From: Bacteroidales bacterium
Lineage (GTDB): Bacteria > Bacteroidota > Bacteroidia > Bacteroidales > GCA-2748055
Assembly: GCA_029210585.1 (NCBI GenBank)
Contig: JARGFP010000012.1
Span: 44,512-108,511 of the forward strand
Direction of reading: 5' to 3'
DNA: 64,000 bases
Positions 18,663 through 29,274 of this stretch are shown here, in pieces. A program made the translations under genes and the position numbers. Each line of letters opens with the position of its first letter. The first letter of the stretch is position 1. The notes below the pieces were generated by a model, which did no database searches, was not told where the DNA came from, and saw only the letters and a program-made list of their open reading frames with translations.

Positions 18663-19895
18663 TCAGAGATCTATTTCCACGATGTTCCTTGTCAGGTCCT
18701 CGAGCACTTCCCGTTTCCTGACCAGGTGATCCTTTCCCTTGTGCACCATCACCTCTGCCGGGCGTACGCGGGAATTGTAGTTGGATGCCATGGCATAGCA
18801 ATAGGCGCCGGCATTTTTGAACAGCAGGTAATCGCCTTCCGAAACTTCCGTCATTTTCCGGTTCCAGCCAAAGGTGTCGGTTTCGCAGATATATCCCACC
18901 ACGGTGTATATGCGGGTCTTCCCCGTGGGTTTGCTGATATTGACCACTTCGTGGTAGGCATCGTAGAACATGGGCCTGATGAAGTGGTTCATCCCCGTGT
19001 CGAGTCCCGCGAACACCGTGGAGGTGGTTTGCTTGACCACGTTGGTGCGTGCCACAAAATACCCTGCCTCGCTCACCAGGTATTTTCCCGGTTCGAAGAT
19101 CAGGGTCAGTTCCCTGCCATATTCCTTGCAGAAGTCGTTGAACCGTGCGGAAAGGTGCGTGCCCAGCATCTCGATGTCCGTTTCAATGTCGTCGGGCTTG
19201 TACGCAACCTTGAATCCGCTTCCAAAGTCGATGTAATCAAGTTCCGCAAACTCCATGGCAGTGTCCAGGATAATTTCCGCACCCCGCAGGAACACATCGA
19301 CATCGAGTATGTCGGATCCGGTATGCATGTGCAGTCCTTCCACCCGCATGTTGTTGGTTTCCACCACGCGTTTCACCAGCGGGACCTGGTATATGGAGAT
19401 GCCGAACTTGGAGTCGATATGACCAGTGGAGATCTTCTGGTTGCCCCCGGCCATGATATGGGGATTGATGCGGACACATACCGGGATATTGTTGCCGTAT
19501 TTATGTCCGAACTGCTCCAGGATGGAGATATTGTCGATGTTGATCCGCACACCCAGTTTTGCGGCAGCTTCGATTTCCTCGATGGATACACAGTTGGGGG
19601 TGTAGATGATGTCCTGGGGATCGAACCCTGCTTTCAGTCCCAGCCTGACTTCCTGGATAGAGACGGCATCGAGTCCCGATCCCAGCTCCCGGAACAGCTT
19701 CAGCACATTCAGGTTGGTGAGGGCCTTGGCGGCATAGTAAATCCGCACCTTTGAATCCCTGAAAGCATCTGTCATGCGCTGGTACTGCGAAACCATCTTT
19801 GCGGATTCATAAATGTACAGTGGCGAACCATACTTCTCAACGATTTTTGTAACGGGTAATCCGTCAATCACATACTGGTTTCTTTTGATTTCCAT
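18663..19895 (-). CDS. lysA: diaminopimelate decarboxylase
   Basis: The 410-aa product is an alanine-racemase-fold decarboxylase (GSPLYIYE, YAAKALTN, HMHTGS, EPGKYLV). Confidence 0.9.
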   Translation of the reverse strand: MEIKRNQYVIDGLPVTKIVEKYGSPLYIYESAKMVSQYQRMTDAFRDSKVRIYYAAKALTNLNVLKLFRELGSGLDAVSIQEVRLGLKAGFDPQDIIYTPNCVSIEEIEAAAKLGVRINIDNISILEQFGHKYGNNIPVCVRINPHIMAGGNQKISTGHIDSKFGISIYQVPLVKRVVETNNMRVEGLHMHTGSDILDVDVFLRGAEIILDTAMEFAELDYIDFGSGFKVAYKPDDIETDIEMLGTHLSARFNDFCKEYGRELTLIFEPGKYLVSEAGYFVARTNVVKQTTSTVFAGLDTGMNHFIRPMFYDAYHEVVNISKPTGKTRIYTVVGYICETDTFGWNRKMTEVSEGDYLLFKNAGAYCYAMASNYNSRVRPAEVMVHKGKDHLVRKREVLEDLTRNIVEIDL

Positions 19896-20002
19896 GATGG
19901 GTTCGTTTGTTTTCAGGGGGCAAAAATACTAAAAAAGCAGGTACACACGGCGAAACTTTCAGGATGCCCACTTGCTTTTATGCTACAGGGTTGTTGGTGC
20001 AA

Positions 20003-20626
20003 TCATGACCTGAAGGTATCCTCGAACCTGGTCCTGTGGAGAATCGACCGGCCCAGGGTCACTTCGTCGGCATATTCCAGGTCGTCACCAATGGCTACTC
20101 CCCTTGCGAGGGTGGTTACGTTGATGGGTGTATCCTTCAGTTTTTTATAGATATAAAAATTGGTCGTGTCTCCCTCCATGGTGGTACTCAATGCAAGGAT
20201 CACTTCCCTGATGCTGTTGTTTGCAGCCTTCTCCACCAGGGAGTCGATGGTGAGATCGGCCGGACCGATCCCGTCGATGGGGGAGATGATTCCCCCGAGG
20301 ACATGGTAGATTCCCGAATACTGCTGGGTATTCTCGATGGACATCACGTCGCGTATGTTCTCCACCACGCATACGGTGGTATGGTCGCGATAATTGTCAC
20401 TGCAGATATTGCACATCTCGGTATCCGAGATGTTGTGGCAGATCCTGCAGTGCAGTATCTCCTTTTTCATTTTGAGCACGGTGTTCCCGAACCGCTCCAC
20501 GATTTCGTTGTCCTGCTTCAGCAGGTAGAGCACCAGTCTCAGTGCTGTCTTTCTCCCGATCCCGGGCAGGGAGGAGAACTCCTCCACGGCCTCTTCCAGT
20601 AACTTCGATGAATAATTCTGATGCAT
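20003..20626 (-). CDS. recR: recombination protein RecR
   Basis: The helix-hairpin-helix motif is present ([12 protein letters not shown]). So are the C4 zinc finger ([16 protein letters not shown]) and a Toprim region. The start is taken at ATG 20626, not the 30-codon upstream extension. Confidence 0.9.
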   Translation of the reverse strand: MHQNYSSKLLEEAVEEFSSLPGIGRKTALRLVLYLLKQDNEIVERFGNTVLKMKKEILHCRICHNISDTEMCNICSDNYRDHTTVCVVENIRDVMSIENTQQYSGIYHVLGGIISPIDGIGPADLTIDSLVEKAANNSIREVILALSTTMEGDTTNFYIYKKLKDTPINVTTLARGVAIGDDLEYADEVTLGRSILHRTRFEDTFRS

Positions 20627-20950
20627 GAATGTAATAACTGTTTTGAAGTTGGGGATCACGCTGCCATTGGCTATTTCGAATCGCTTCGTTTCGCTTCGTT
20701 TCACTTTGCGCGTCAACCCGGTTCCTGCACGCCCTGTTTATATGCCGCAAATTTACGATTCGGAAATCATTGCAGCAATATTTTTGTCTTTTTATTGTAT
20801 TTCGACAAATTTCACCAATTTTAGGGGCAATTTTTCTGTAAGGCGAACCGGGATGCATGCAAACCACTATACATACAGAAGCGCACCAGTACGAATACGC
20901 ACCTGGATGAAGGCATCCCGGAAGCAGGATGAAAACAGAACAACATTCGA

Positions 20951-22414
20951 ATGATACCAGAACTGATTATCACCATCATCGTTATCTATTTCGCAGTGTT
21001 GCTGCTGATTTCCTGGTTCACCGGCAGGAAGGCCGACAATGCCTCTTTCTTCCTGGGCAACAGGAGGTCACCCTGGTACATCGTTGCATTCGGAATGATC
21101 GGTGCCTCGTTGTCGGGCGTTACGTTTATTTCGGTACCCGGATGGGTGCTCACCAGCCAGATGACCTATATGCAGATGGTATTGGGGTACCTGGTCGGCT
21201 ACGTGGTGATCGCAAATGTGCTCATGCCGATGTATTACAGGCTCGGACTCACCAGCATCTACACTTACCTGGAGGGGAGGTTCGGAAGGATGAGTTACAA
21301 GACGGGGGCCTCGTTTTTCCTGCTGTCGCGGATCATCGGCGCATCCTTCAGGCTTTTCCTGGTGGCCCGCGTGCTGCAGATATCGGTATTTGACCATTGG
21401 AACGTCCCTTTCTGGGTCACCGTGGTGATCACCATTTTGCTGATCTGGCTCTATACCAGGAAAGGCGGGATCAAAACGATTATCTGGACCGACACGCTGC
21501 AGACCTTCTCCCTGCTGGCAGCAGTGGTGCTGACAGTTGTGTTCCTGGGGAAAGGGCTGGAAATGAATTTTGGTGAAATGGTTTCAACGGTGGTGCACAG
21601 TGAATACGGGCGGATTTTCGAATTCAGCAACTGGAGGAACGGCAACCATTTTATCCAGCACTTCTTCGCCGGGATGTTCATTACGATCGTGATGACCGGG
21701 CTGGATCAGGATATGATGCAGAAAAACCTGAGCTGCAGGAACATCAGGGAGGCAAAAAAGAACATGTACTGGATGAGCATCTCGCTGGTGCCGGTGAACC
21801 TGCTGTTTCTTTCTCTTGGCGTGCTGCTGGCCTCTTTTGCGGTACAGGCCGGGATGCCGCTGCCGGAAAAATCTGATGACCTTTTCCCGCTGATCGCCAC
21901 AGGGGGAATGCTGCCCGGCATCGTAGGAGTGACCTTTGTCATCGGGCTGGTGGCTGCTGCCTATTCCAGCGCCGATTCGGCACTCACAGCGCTCACAACT
22001 TCATTCACTGTGGATATTATTGGTAACCAGGGGAAAGCCGAGGAGGAGGTGATGCGGACCAGGAAGCGGGCGCACATCGGCATTTCACTGGTGCTTGCCC
22101 TGGTGATTTTCCTGTTTGATGCCATCAACAGCGAAAGCGTGATCTCTGCCATCTTCAGGGTGGCCGGGTTTACATACGGTCCGCTGCTCGGGCTGTACGC
22201 GTTCGGACTGTTTACAAAACGGAGCCTGGCCGACCGGTGGGTTCCCGTGGTGGCAATACTGGCACCGGTGGCGGCTTACATCGACAAGCTGATCATCGAA
22301 TGGATCTTCAAAAATTACGAAATGGGCTTCGAATTTTTGATCATGAACGGATTGTATACTTTCCTGGGACTGTGGATCATTTCTCAGCGTCCACCGAGAA
22401 AATCTCCTGGATAA
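20951..22414 (+). CDS. sodium:solute symporter family transporter
   Basis: The 487-aa polytopic protein has an SSF-typical N-terminus (FFLGNRRSPWYIVAFGMIGASLSGVTFISVPG). Confidence 0.8.
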   Translation: MIPELIITIIVIYFAVLLLISWFTGRKADNASFFLGNRRSPWYIVAFGMIGASLSGVTFISVPGWVLTSQMTYMQMVLGYLVGYVVIANVLMPMYYRLGLTSIYTYLEGRFGRMSYKTGASFFLLSRIIGASFRLFLVARVLQISVFDHWNVPFWVTVVITILLIWLYTRKGGIKTIIWTDTLQTFSLLAAVVLTVVFLGKGLEMNFGEMVSTVVHSEYGRIFEFSNWRNGNHFIQHFFAGMFITIVMTGLDQDMMQKNLSCRNIREAKKNMYWMSISLVPVNLLFLSLGVLLASFAVQAGMPLPEKSDDLFPLIATGGMLPGIVGVTFVIGLVAAAYSSADSALTALTTSFTVDIIGNQGKAEEEVMRTRKRAHIGISLVLALVIFLFDAINSESVISAIFRVAGFTYGPLLGLYAFGLFTKRSLADRWVPVVAILAPVAAYIDKLIIEWIFKNYEMGFEFLIMNGLYTFLGLWIISQRPPRKSPG

Positions 22415-24170
22415 GATCCATGTATTTGTCCTCGATTACCCTGCGTTTTAATTTCATGGTTGGCGACATCAGACCCGACTGTGGTGTCCACTCGTCTGCC
22501 ACCAGCCTGAAACGCTTGATCCGTTCCACCTGTCCCAACTGGGCATTGAGCTTGTTGACCTCCTTCTGCACCTGGTCAATGACCCGCTTATCACGGATCA
22601 TCTCCTCGTTGCTGCTGAATGTCATGCCGTGTTCTTCGGCCCATTCTTTCAGGTAGGGGAGGTTGGGGTGGATAATCGCGCTGGCAAATTTCTGACAAAA
22701 TCCGATGACCATCAGCTGCTCGATGAAAAACGACTCCTTGAATTTGTTTTCAATCGCCTGGGGGGCGATATATTTGCCGCTGGAAAGTTTGAAAATCTCC
22801 TTTTTGCGGTCGGTGATCTTCAGCCAGTTTCCTTTTGCGATCTCCCCGATATCCCCCGTGTAGAAGAACCCGTCTGGGTCAATGACTTTTTTGGTCATTT
22901 CAGGATCCTTGTAATAACCCATCATCACGTTGGGACCACGGGCCAGTATCTCGCCATCTTCGGCAATCTTCACCTCCACACCATCGATGATCTGACCTGC
23001 ACTGCCGACCATCACTTCCCTGGTGGTCTGGTTGGCCACCGATATCACAGGCGATGTCTCTGTGAGCCCGTAACCTTCATATACCTCCAGCCCGGCTGCC
23101 CAGAACACGCGTACCAAACGTGGCTGTATGGCGGCACTGCCCGTGATGATCACGTTGCAGCCCCCCAATACCTCGCGCCATTTCGAAAAGATCAGCTTGT
23201 CGGCAACCTTCAGTTTCATTTTGTACCATGCACTGTTTCCGTTTTCCGGATCGAACTGGTTCCCCAGCTTCACCGCCCAGAAGAAAATCGTTTTTTTGAT
23301 CCCGCTCAGGTCCTTTCCCTTGGCGATGATCTTGTCATAAACACTCTCCAGGAGTCGCGGAACCGCCCCGAAAATGTTGGGCCTGATGTCCTGGGCATCC
23401 CTGGCAATGGTCCCGATGTTTTCTGCATAATAAACACTGATTCCCTTGTACTGGTAGATATAATTGATCATGCGTTCGTATACATGACTGATGGGCAGGA
23501 AGGAGAGTGCCCTGTGCTCCGATCCGAGATTGATGTGCCTGTTGCAGGCGATCGTGTTGGAGACCAGGTTGCGGTGCGAAAGCATCACTCCCTTGGGCAT
23601 TCCCGTGGTTCCCGAGGTATACAGGATCGTCAGCAGGTCTTCCGGTTGAATGGAATTTTTGGTTTTTTCGAGCTGCCCGTTGAGTGTATCCGCGTTTTTA
23701 TTCCCCAGCTCCACGATCTCTTTCCAGTTCCTCGCTCCCTCAATCTCGTTGAAAGTGTAAACAGCAGAGATGCTTTTTACCTTTTCCGCGATGGGACTGA
23801 TCTTATCAAACAACTGCTTGTCGGACAGTACCACCAGCTTCGGGGCAGCATGATCCAGAATGTAGGCGTACTCCTCGGCACTGATGGTGGGGTAAACGGG
23901 TACCTGTACAATTCCCGCCATGGACATTCCCATGTCCATGAAGTTCCACTCCGGCCTGTTGTTGCTGATCGTGACGATCCTGTCGCCCGGCTTCAGCTCC
24001 AGGGCCATCAGGCCGTAAGCGACTGCAGTTGCAGTTGATACATATTCCTTTGAAGAATACTTTTTCCAGTCACCGTTGGTACGGGCTGCCAATATGTCTT
24101 CCTTGTGTCCATACTTTTCACCGATCTGGTCAAGCATGTCGAATGTCCTGGTAATTTCCATAGGGGGCAA
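22377..24170 (-). CDS. long-chain acyl-CoA synthetase (AMP-forming)
   Basis: The AMP-binding motif is present (YTSGTTGMPKGVMLSH), with GYGLTETSP and a C-terminal TPTMKLKR. The start may be the ATG 9 nt downstream. Confidence 0.85.
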   Translation of the reverse strand: MPPMEITRTFDMLDQIGEKYGHKEDILAARTNGDWKKYSSKEYVSTATAVAYGLMALELKPGDRIVTISNNRPEWNFMDMGMSMAGIVQVPVYPTISAEEYAYILDHAAPKLVVLSDKQLFDKISPIAEKVKSISAVYTFNEIEGARNWKEIVELGNKNADTLNGQLEKTKNSIQPEDLLTILYTSGTTGMPKGVMLSHRNLVSNTIACNRHINLGSEHRALSFLPISHVYERMINYIYQYKGISVYYAENIGTIARDAQDIRPNIFGAVPRLLESVYDKIIAKGKDLSGIKKTIFFWAVKLGNQFDPENGNSAWYKMKLKVADKLIFSKWREVLGGCNVIITGSAAIQPRLVRVFWAAGLEVYEGYGLTETSPVISVANQTTREVMVGSAGQIIDGVEVKIAEDGEILARGPNVMMGYYKDPEMTKKVIDPDGFFYTGDIGEIAKGNWLKITDRKKEIFKLSSGKYIAPQAIENKFKESFFIEQLMVIGFCQKFASAIIHPNLPYLKEWAEEHGMTFSSNEEMIRDKRVIDQVQKEVNKLNAQLGQVERIKRFRLVADEWTPQSGLMSPTMKLKRRVIEDKYMDLIQEIFSVDAEK

Positions 24171-24352
24171 ATTTTAGCCGCTAAAATAACCAAAGATTTG
24201 ATTCTTTTTCGAATGCAACGAAATATTTATAAATTATAACGGAAATGTGTTAATTTAAATATCAATCAACCAGTAAGATAAGCTATTAATTTGTACCGAT
24301 TAATTTTCGAACGATAAAAAATAATCTTCATGGGAGCACGCAGGTGGGCTTA

Positions 24353-24394
24353 CAGGCAAATAACGGCACCGGACAGGCAAATAACAGCACCGGA
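24353..24394. repeat. 21-bp direct tandem repeat, 2 copies (CAGGCAAATAACRGCACCGGA)
   Basis: The copies sit at 24353-24373 and 24374-24394 and differ at 1 position. They lie in the 304-bp spacer between the alaS stop and the acyl-CoA synthetase start. Confidence 0.9.
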
Positions 24395-24474
24395 GCAGCC
24401 CGCATAGGTACTGGCTGGCACAGAACTGCACCGGAAGTGCAACACCGGCCAGGAAAGGCGCAGTGCCGGGTGTG

Positions 24475-27108
24475 TTACTCCAGGTCCCTGACCAGTTTCC
24501 TGGCCCGGTCCATGGCAGCACCGATGCCTCCGGGATCTTTCCCCCCGGCAGTGGCAAAGAAAGGTTGTCCGCCGCCTCCGCCCTTGATCTCGCGGGCGAT
24601 CTCCCGGATGATCTTACCAGCATCGAGGTTTTTTTCGCTGACAAGGTTATCGGAGATCATGATCACGAGCAATGCTTTCTGGTCGACGCTGCTGCCCAGG
24701 ACGAGGAAAAGGTTGTCCACCTCATTCCTGATCCGGAAGGCGGCATCGCGGAGCATATCTGCATCTGCAAGCGGAAGTGTTTCTGAAATGAAATGGATGT
24801 CGCCGATCTTTTCGGTTTTGTTCTTCAGGAATTTCAGTGAGGCATTGACAGCATCCTGTTTGAACCTGCCTACTTCCTTGCTGAGTTCACCGTGTTCGGC
24901 AACCAGTTTCCGGATGGCATCCACCACATTGGAGTGTTTTTCGATCTGCCTGGAGATCTCGTTCAGCTGATCCACCTGGCTGTAGATGTATTTTTCTGCC
25001 TCCACGCCTGTGATGGCCTCAATCCGCCGCACCCCGGCCGCAATACCCGATTCCCTGGTAATCTTGAAAAATCCCAGTTGCCCGGTGGCCCGGGCATGGA
25101 TCCCCCCGCACAGTTCCACCGAGTCGCCAAACCTGATTACGCGTACACGGTCGCCGTATTTTTCACCGAAAAGTGACATGGCCCCCATGGTTTTTGCTTC
25201 TTCCATTGGCACGGTCCGCCGTTCCTCGAGGGGGATGTTTTGTCGAACCAGGTTGTTGACCAGTTTTTCCACCTTGCGGCTCTCTTCGTCGGTGACTTTC
25301 TGGAAATGTGAAAAATCAAACCTGAGCATCTGCGGTTCCACCAGGGAGCCTTTTTGTTCCACATGTGTGCCAAGCACTTTCCTGAGGGCGTAGTGCACCA
25401 GGTGCGTGGCCGTGTGGTTGCTGGCTGTCTGGGACCTTTCCGATTCATTGACCCGGGCCGTGAACGCTGCAGTGAGGTCTTCGGGCAGGGTGTCGGTAAC
25501 ATGAATGATCACGTCATTTTCTTTCTGTGTATCCAGGATCCGTATCTTTTCACGGTCATTTTCAAGCACTCCCTGGTCGCCCGTTTGTCCACCGCTTTCC
25601 GCATAAAAGGGAGTGGAATCGAATACCAGGTGATACTGCCTCTTGTCCCGGGTGGTCACCTCGCGGTAACGCGTGATCCGCACCTGCCCGGAAATGCTGT
25701 CATAGCCGGTGAATTTCTCATGGTTGTTTTCCACGAGAACCTGCCAGTCTGACTTGTCCTGTTCTGCAGCCTGTCGGGAACGTTGTTTCTGCTGTTCCAT
25801 CTCAGACTGGAATCCCTGCTGGTCAACGGAGAGTCCCTGTTCCTTCAGGATCAGCTCGGTGAGGTCGACCGGGAAACCAAAAGTGTCGTACAATTCGAAC
25901 GCATGTTTTCCATCCAGTATTTTCTGATGCTGTTCCTGCAATGAGGTGATCATCTGGTTCAGCCGCCTGATGCCATTCTCCAGGGTATTCAGGAAAGACT
26001 GCTCTTCTTCGAATATCACTTTTTCGATCAGTTCCCGCTGTGAAGAAAGCTCTTCGAAGGTTTCCCCCAGTACTTCGATAAGTGCGGGCACCACCTTATA
26101 TATAACGGGCTGGTCCTGTCCCAGGTAAGTGTAGGCATACCGGATGGCACGGCGCAGGATCCTGCGGATCACATATCCCGCCTTATTGTTGGAGGGGAGC
26201 TGACCCTCGGCAATGGAGAAGGAAATGGCCCTGAGGTGATCGGCAATTACCCGCATGGCAATATCCTGTGCGGCGTCATCCCCGTATTTCCTCCCGGTAA
26301 GTTCCGATATGCGCGCAATCAGCGGGGTGAAAACATCGGTATCATAATTGGATACTTTGGATTGCAGGGCCATGCACAGCCGTTCAAAACCCATGCCCGT
26401 ATCCACGTGTTTTTCAGGAAGATGCTCGAGCGATCCGTCGGATTTCCGGTTGAACTGTATGAAAACAAGGTTCCAGATTTCGATCACCAGCGGGTGCCCC
26501 TGGTTCACCAGCTGTGCACCCGGTGTTTGCTGCCTTTCCGTGTCACTTCTCAGGTCGATGTGGATTTCCGAACAGGGACCGCACGGACCAGTGGAGCCCA
26601 TCTCCCAGAAATTGTCTTTTTTCGAGCCGTCAAGTATGTGCGATCCGGGAAGATAGTTTTTCCAGTACCCGGCAGCTTCGTTGTCCCGCTCCAGGTCGTC
26701 CTCGCTGTCCCCCTCAAACACGGTCACGTAGAACCTGTCTTTGTCAAGGTGAACCACCCCGGTGAGGAATTCCCAGGCCCACCCGATCGCTTCTTTCTTG
26801 AAGTAATCGCCGAAGGACCAGTTGCCCAGCATTTCGAACATCGTGTGGTGGTACGTGTCATGACCGACTTCTTCCAGGTCGTTGTGTTTGCCTGTCACAC
26901 GAAGACATTTCTGTGTATCGGCCACCCTCCGTGCAACCGGTTTTTTGTTCCCCAGGAAAAAATCCTTGAACTGGTTCATGCCGGCATTGGTAAACATAAG
27001 GGTGGGGTCATTCTTGATCACCATGGGTGCCGATGGCACGATTTTGTGGTCCTTGCTTTCGAAAAATGCCAGGAAGGCATTGCGGATATCTTTGGAATTC
27101 ATAATCAT
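24475..27108 (-). CDS. alaS: alanine--tRNA ligase
   Basis: The 877-aa product has a class II AlaRS N-terminus (IRNAFLAFFESKDHKIVPSAPMV...DPTLMFTNAGMNQFK). The editing-domain HxxxH region and a C-terminal DHHA1-like GGGGG motif are also present. Confidence 0.95.
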   Translation of the reverse strand: MIMNSKDIRNAFLAFFESKDHKIVPSAPMVIKNDPTLMFTNAGMNQFKDFFLGNKKPVARRVADTQKCLRVTGKHNDLEEVGHDTYHHTMFEMLGNWSFGDYFKKEAIGWAWEFLTGVVHLDKDRFYVTVFEGDSEDDLERDNEAAGYWKNYLPGSHILDGSKKDNFWEMGSTGPCGPCSEIHIDLRSDTERQQTPGAQLVNQGHPLVIEIWNLVFIQFNRKSDGSLEHLPEKHVDTGMGFERLCMALQSKVSNYDTDVFTPLIARISELTGRKYGDDAAQDIAMRVIADHLRAISFSIAEGQLPSNNKAGYVIRRILRRAIRYAYTYLGQDQPVIYKVVPALIEVLGETFEELSSQRELIEKVIFEEEQSFLNTLENGIRRLNQMITSLQEQHQKILDGKHAFELYDTFGFPVDLTELILKEQGLSVDQQGFQSEMEQQKQRSRQAAEQDKSDWQVLVENNHEKFTGYDSISGQVRITRYREVTTRDKRQYHLVFDSTPFYAESGGQTGDQGVLENDREKIRILDTQKENDVIIHVTDTLPEDLTAAFTARVNESERSQTASNHTATHLVHYALRKVLGTHVEQKGSLVEPQMLRFDFSHFQKVTDEESRKVEKLVNNLVRQNIPLEERRTVPMEEAKTMGAMSLFGEKYGDRVRVIRFGDSVELCGGIHARATGQLGFFKITRESGIAAGVRRIEAITGVEAEKYIYSQVDQLNEISRQIEKHSNVVDAIRKLVAEHGELSKEVGRFKQDAVNASLKFLKNKTEKIGDIHFISETLPLADADMLRDAAFRIRNEVDNLFLVLGSSVDQKALLVIMISDNLVSEKNLDAGKIIREIAREIKGGGGGQPFFATAGGKDPGGIGAAMDRARKLVRDLE

Positions 27109-27266
27109 ATTTCGGCATTCAGATTTTGATGCAAAAATAGAACCTTTTCATCCATCTCACGTAAAATTGCAGTGGAATTTGGCCCGGTAGGGAAAACGCA
27201 GCAAAAAATAATTTTTTTCACTAATTATTGTGAGATTAAGCTTCATTTGTTATTTTTAGCCATTGA

Positions 27267-28232
27267 ATGTTAGAAATGTTTGGTCGAAAATACAGAATTA
27301 ACCCTCAAACACTGCGTGTGGAGCAGGCAAAACTGCCTGTTAAGCAACGCATTTTAGCAGGCGTGATCATCGGTTTGTTTATTGCAGGAACAGCAGTAGG
27401 CATGCGGGTTATTTACGATCAGCACGCCAAATCTCCCCGCCTGTCACATTACGAAAAGAAAAACATGGAACTCCGTGAAGCCTACCGGCACCTCAGTCTT
27501 GATTTGCTGGAGGATGAAGAGCTCCTTGCAGAATTCCGCAGGCGGGATGACAGGTTATACCGTTCACTTTTCGGTATGGATCCGATCCCTTCCTCCATCC
27601 GTGAGGCAGGTACCGGTGGTGCAGTAATGTATTCAGCACTCCATTCCATTTCCAATCCGGATATGGTCATTGACGTTTTTGACAGGGTGGACAAGGTGCT
27701 GATGAAGGCGCGCATTCAGTCCAGCTCCTTTGAATATCTCGAGGAGGCTGCCCGGCACAACCAGCAATTGCTTGCCTGCAAACCGCAGATTCAGCCCATC
27801 TCCCCGGCCGATCCTTACTGGCTCACATCGACCTTCGGTTACCGGACCGACCCGTTTACAATGATGCGCAGGTTGCACCATGGCATAGACCTTGCAGGAC
27901 CTTACGGGCTGAACATACATGCCACGGGCGAAGGTGTGGTGAAGATCGCAGAACACAGTCGCTGGGGATATGGAAATGAAGTATTTATTGACCATGGATT
28001 TGGATATACCAGCCGTTACGCCCACCTCCAGGACCTGATGGTCAAGCCCGGCGACAAGGTGAAACGGGGCCAGGTGATTGGCACCCTCGGTAGCAGCGGA
28101 AGGTCCACCGGGCCGCACCTGCACTACGAGATCACCCATTACGGAAGGGCACTGGATCCGATGCATTTTTACTTCGAAGAACTTACTCCCGAAGAATACA
28201 ACCTGATTTCCAGTAGGGCAGCTGTTGAATAA
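27267..28232 (+). CDS. membrane-anchored M23 (LytM-type) metallopeptidase, paralog 1
   Basis: An N-terminal TM segment is followed by the catalytic motifs HHGID and GPHLHYE. Confidence 0.85.
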   Translation: MLEMFGRKYRINPQTLRVEQAKLPVKQRILAGVIIGLFIAGTAVGMRVIYDQHAKSPRLSHYEKKNMELREAYRHLSLDLLEDEELLAEFRRRDDRLYRSLFGMDPIPSSIREAGTGGAVMYSALHSISNPDMVIDVFDRVDKVLMKARIQSSSFEYLEEAARHNQQLLACKPQIQPISPADPYWLTSTFGYRTDPFTMMRRLHHGIDLAGPYGLNIHATGEGVVKIAEHSRWGYGNEVFIDHGFGYTSRYAHLQDLMVKPGDKVKRGQVIGTLGSSGRSTGPHLHYEITHYGRALDPMHFYFEELTPEEYNLISSRAAVE

Positions 28233-28286
28233 CTTCTTCCATTCATCTTTATTTTTTTTGTATTTTCACCGCAAATTTAATTTGAG

Positions 28287-29246
28287 GTGGCGTCACAGTA
28301 CAAATTCAACCCGGAAGAGATGAATTTTAACGAGCTCGACAACAGGTTTCGGGTTCGTTTCTGGCGTGTGCTTTCCTATGTATTCGCAGCCCTCTTCCTT
28401 GCGGTTGTCCTGAATGTGCTTTTCCTGGTCCTGTTTGACAGTCCGCGGGAAAAAATGGTCAGGACCGAAAACGAGGAGCTGAAGAGGCAGTACATGATCC
28501 TCCAGGAAAGAAAAGCAACAGTGGATACAGTTTTCAGGGAGATTGATAAAACGGATGAGAACATTTTCCGACTGATTTTTGAGACAGAGCCTGCGGTGGC
28601 CGACATTGAAGAGAACAGGACCCACTCGTATGAGGCACTCAAAACGCTGACCGATAAGCAGGTCGTGACTTTTACTGCGGCACGGCTGGATTCTGTCCTG
28701 ACCAAAACCAGGCAGGAGCAACTCGACTACGATATCCTGAGGCTTAAGAGCGGGGACAAGGCTGAAATGCTGATCCACATCCCCGCCATTCAGCCGGTGG
28801 AGAACAGGGACCTTAGCAGGACGGCATCCGGGTATGGGTACAGGATGCATCCCATCTACAAAATTCCGAAGTTTCACCAGGGCATGGATTATACAGCGCC
28901 TGTGGGAACACCCGTTTATGCCACCGGAGCCGCCAGGGTGGAGGAGGTCAGGAGATCCAGGAGGGGATCAGGAAACAGGATCGTGCTCGATCACGGATAC
29001 GGATTTAAATCGGTCTATGCGCACCTCAACGACATCGGGGTCAGACAAGGCAGTACCGTTGAACGCGGAGATGTTATCGGAACAGTGGGAAATACCGGTC
29101 TGTCCTCCGGTCCCCACCTGCATTACGAGGTGCTGTTCAACAATGAGCCGGTGAACCCGGTCAATTTCTACTTCCTGGAATTGTCCCCTGAAGCATATAA
29201 TGTATTGATCAATATATCGAAAAACTCAGGGCAGTCATTTGATTAA
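28287..29246 (+). CDS. membrane-anchored M23 metallopeptidase, paralog 2
   Basis: The start is GTG in the ORF track. An N-terminal TM segment is followed by the catalytic motifs FHQGMD and GPHLHYE. Confidence 0.85.
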   Translation: MASQYKFNPEEMNFNELDNRFRVRFWRVLSYVFAALFLAVVLNVLFLVLFDSPREKMVRTENEELKRQYMILQERKATVDTVFREIDKTDENIFRLIFETEPAVADIEENRTHSYEALKTLTDKQVVTFTAARLDSVLTKTRQEQLDYDILRLKSGDKAEMLIHIPAIQPVENRDLSRTASGYGYRMHPIYKIPKFHQGMDYTAPVGTPVYATGAARVEEVRRSRRGSGNRIVLDHGYGFKSVYAHLNDIGVRQGSTVERGDVIGTVGNTGLSSGPHLHYEVLFNNEPVNPVNFYFLELSPEAYNVLINISKNSGQSFD

Positions 29247-29274
29247 CAGGGTATTTTATTAAATTACACCAGAG

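Noticed and set aside
20848-20921. A 9-bp perfect long-range complement (CCGGGATGC at 20848-20856 with GCATCCCGG at 20913-20921) in the 324-nt leader of the symporter gene, considered as a riboswitch-like element.
   Set aside because: A single 9-bp inverted repeat within a region of this size is not very improbable by chance. I could not match the enclosed sequence to any riboswitch class I know. It is worth a covariance-model scan but is not a supportable feature.
24300-24474. A possible small RNA (SRP-like CCGGAAG / GCAGCC strings) or a classical terminator downstream of alaS.
   Set aside because: The SRP domain IV consensus and its helical context are not reproduced. The region is better explained by the 21-bp duplication plus a weak 5-bp hairpin. 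No T tract is present on the alaS strand.
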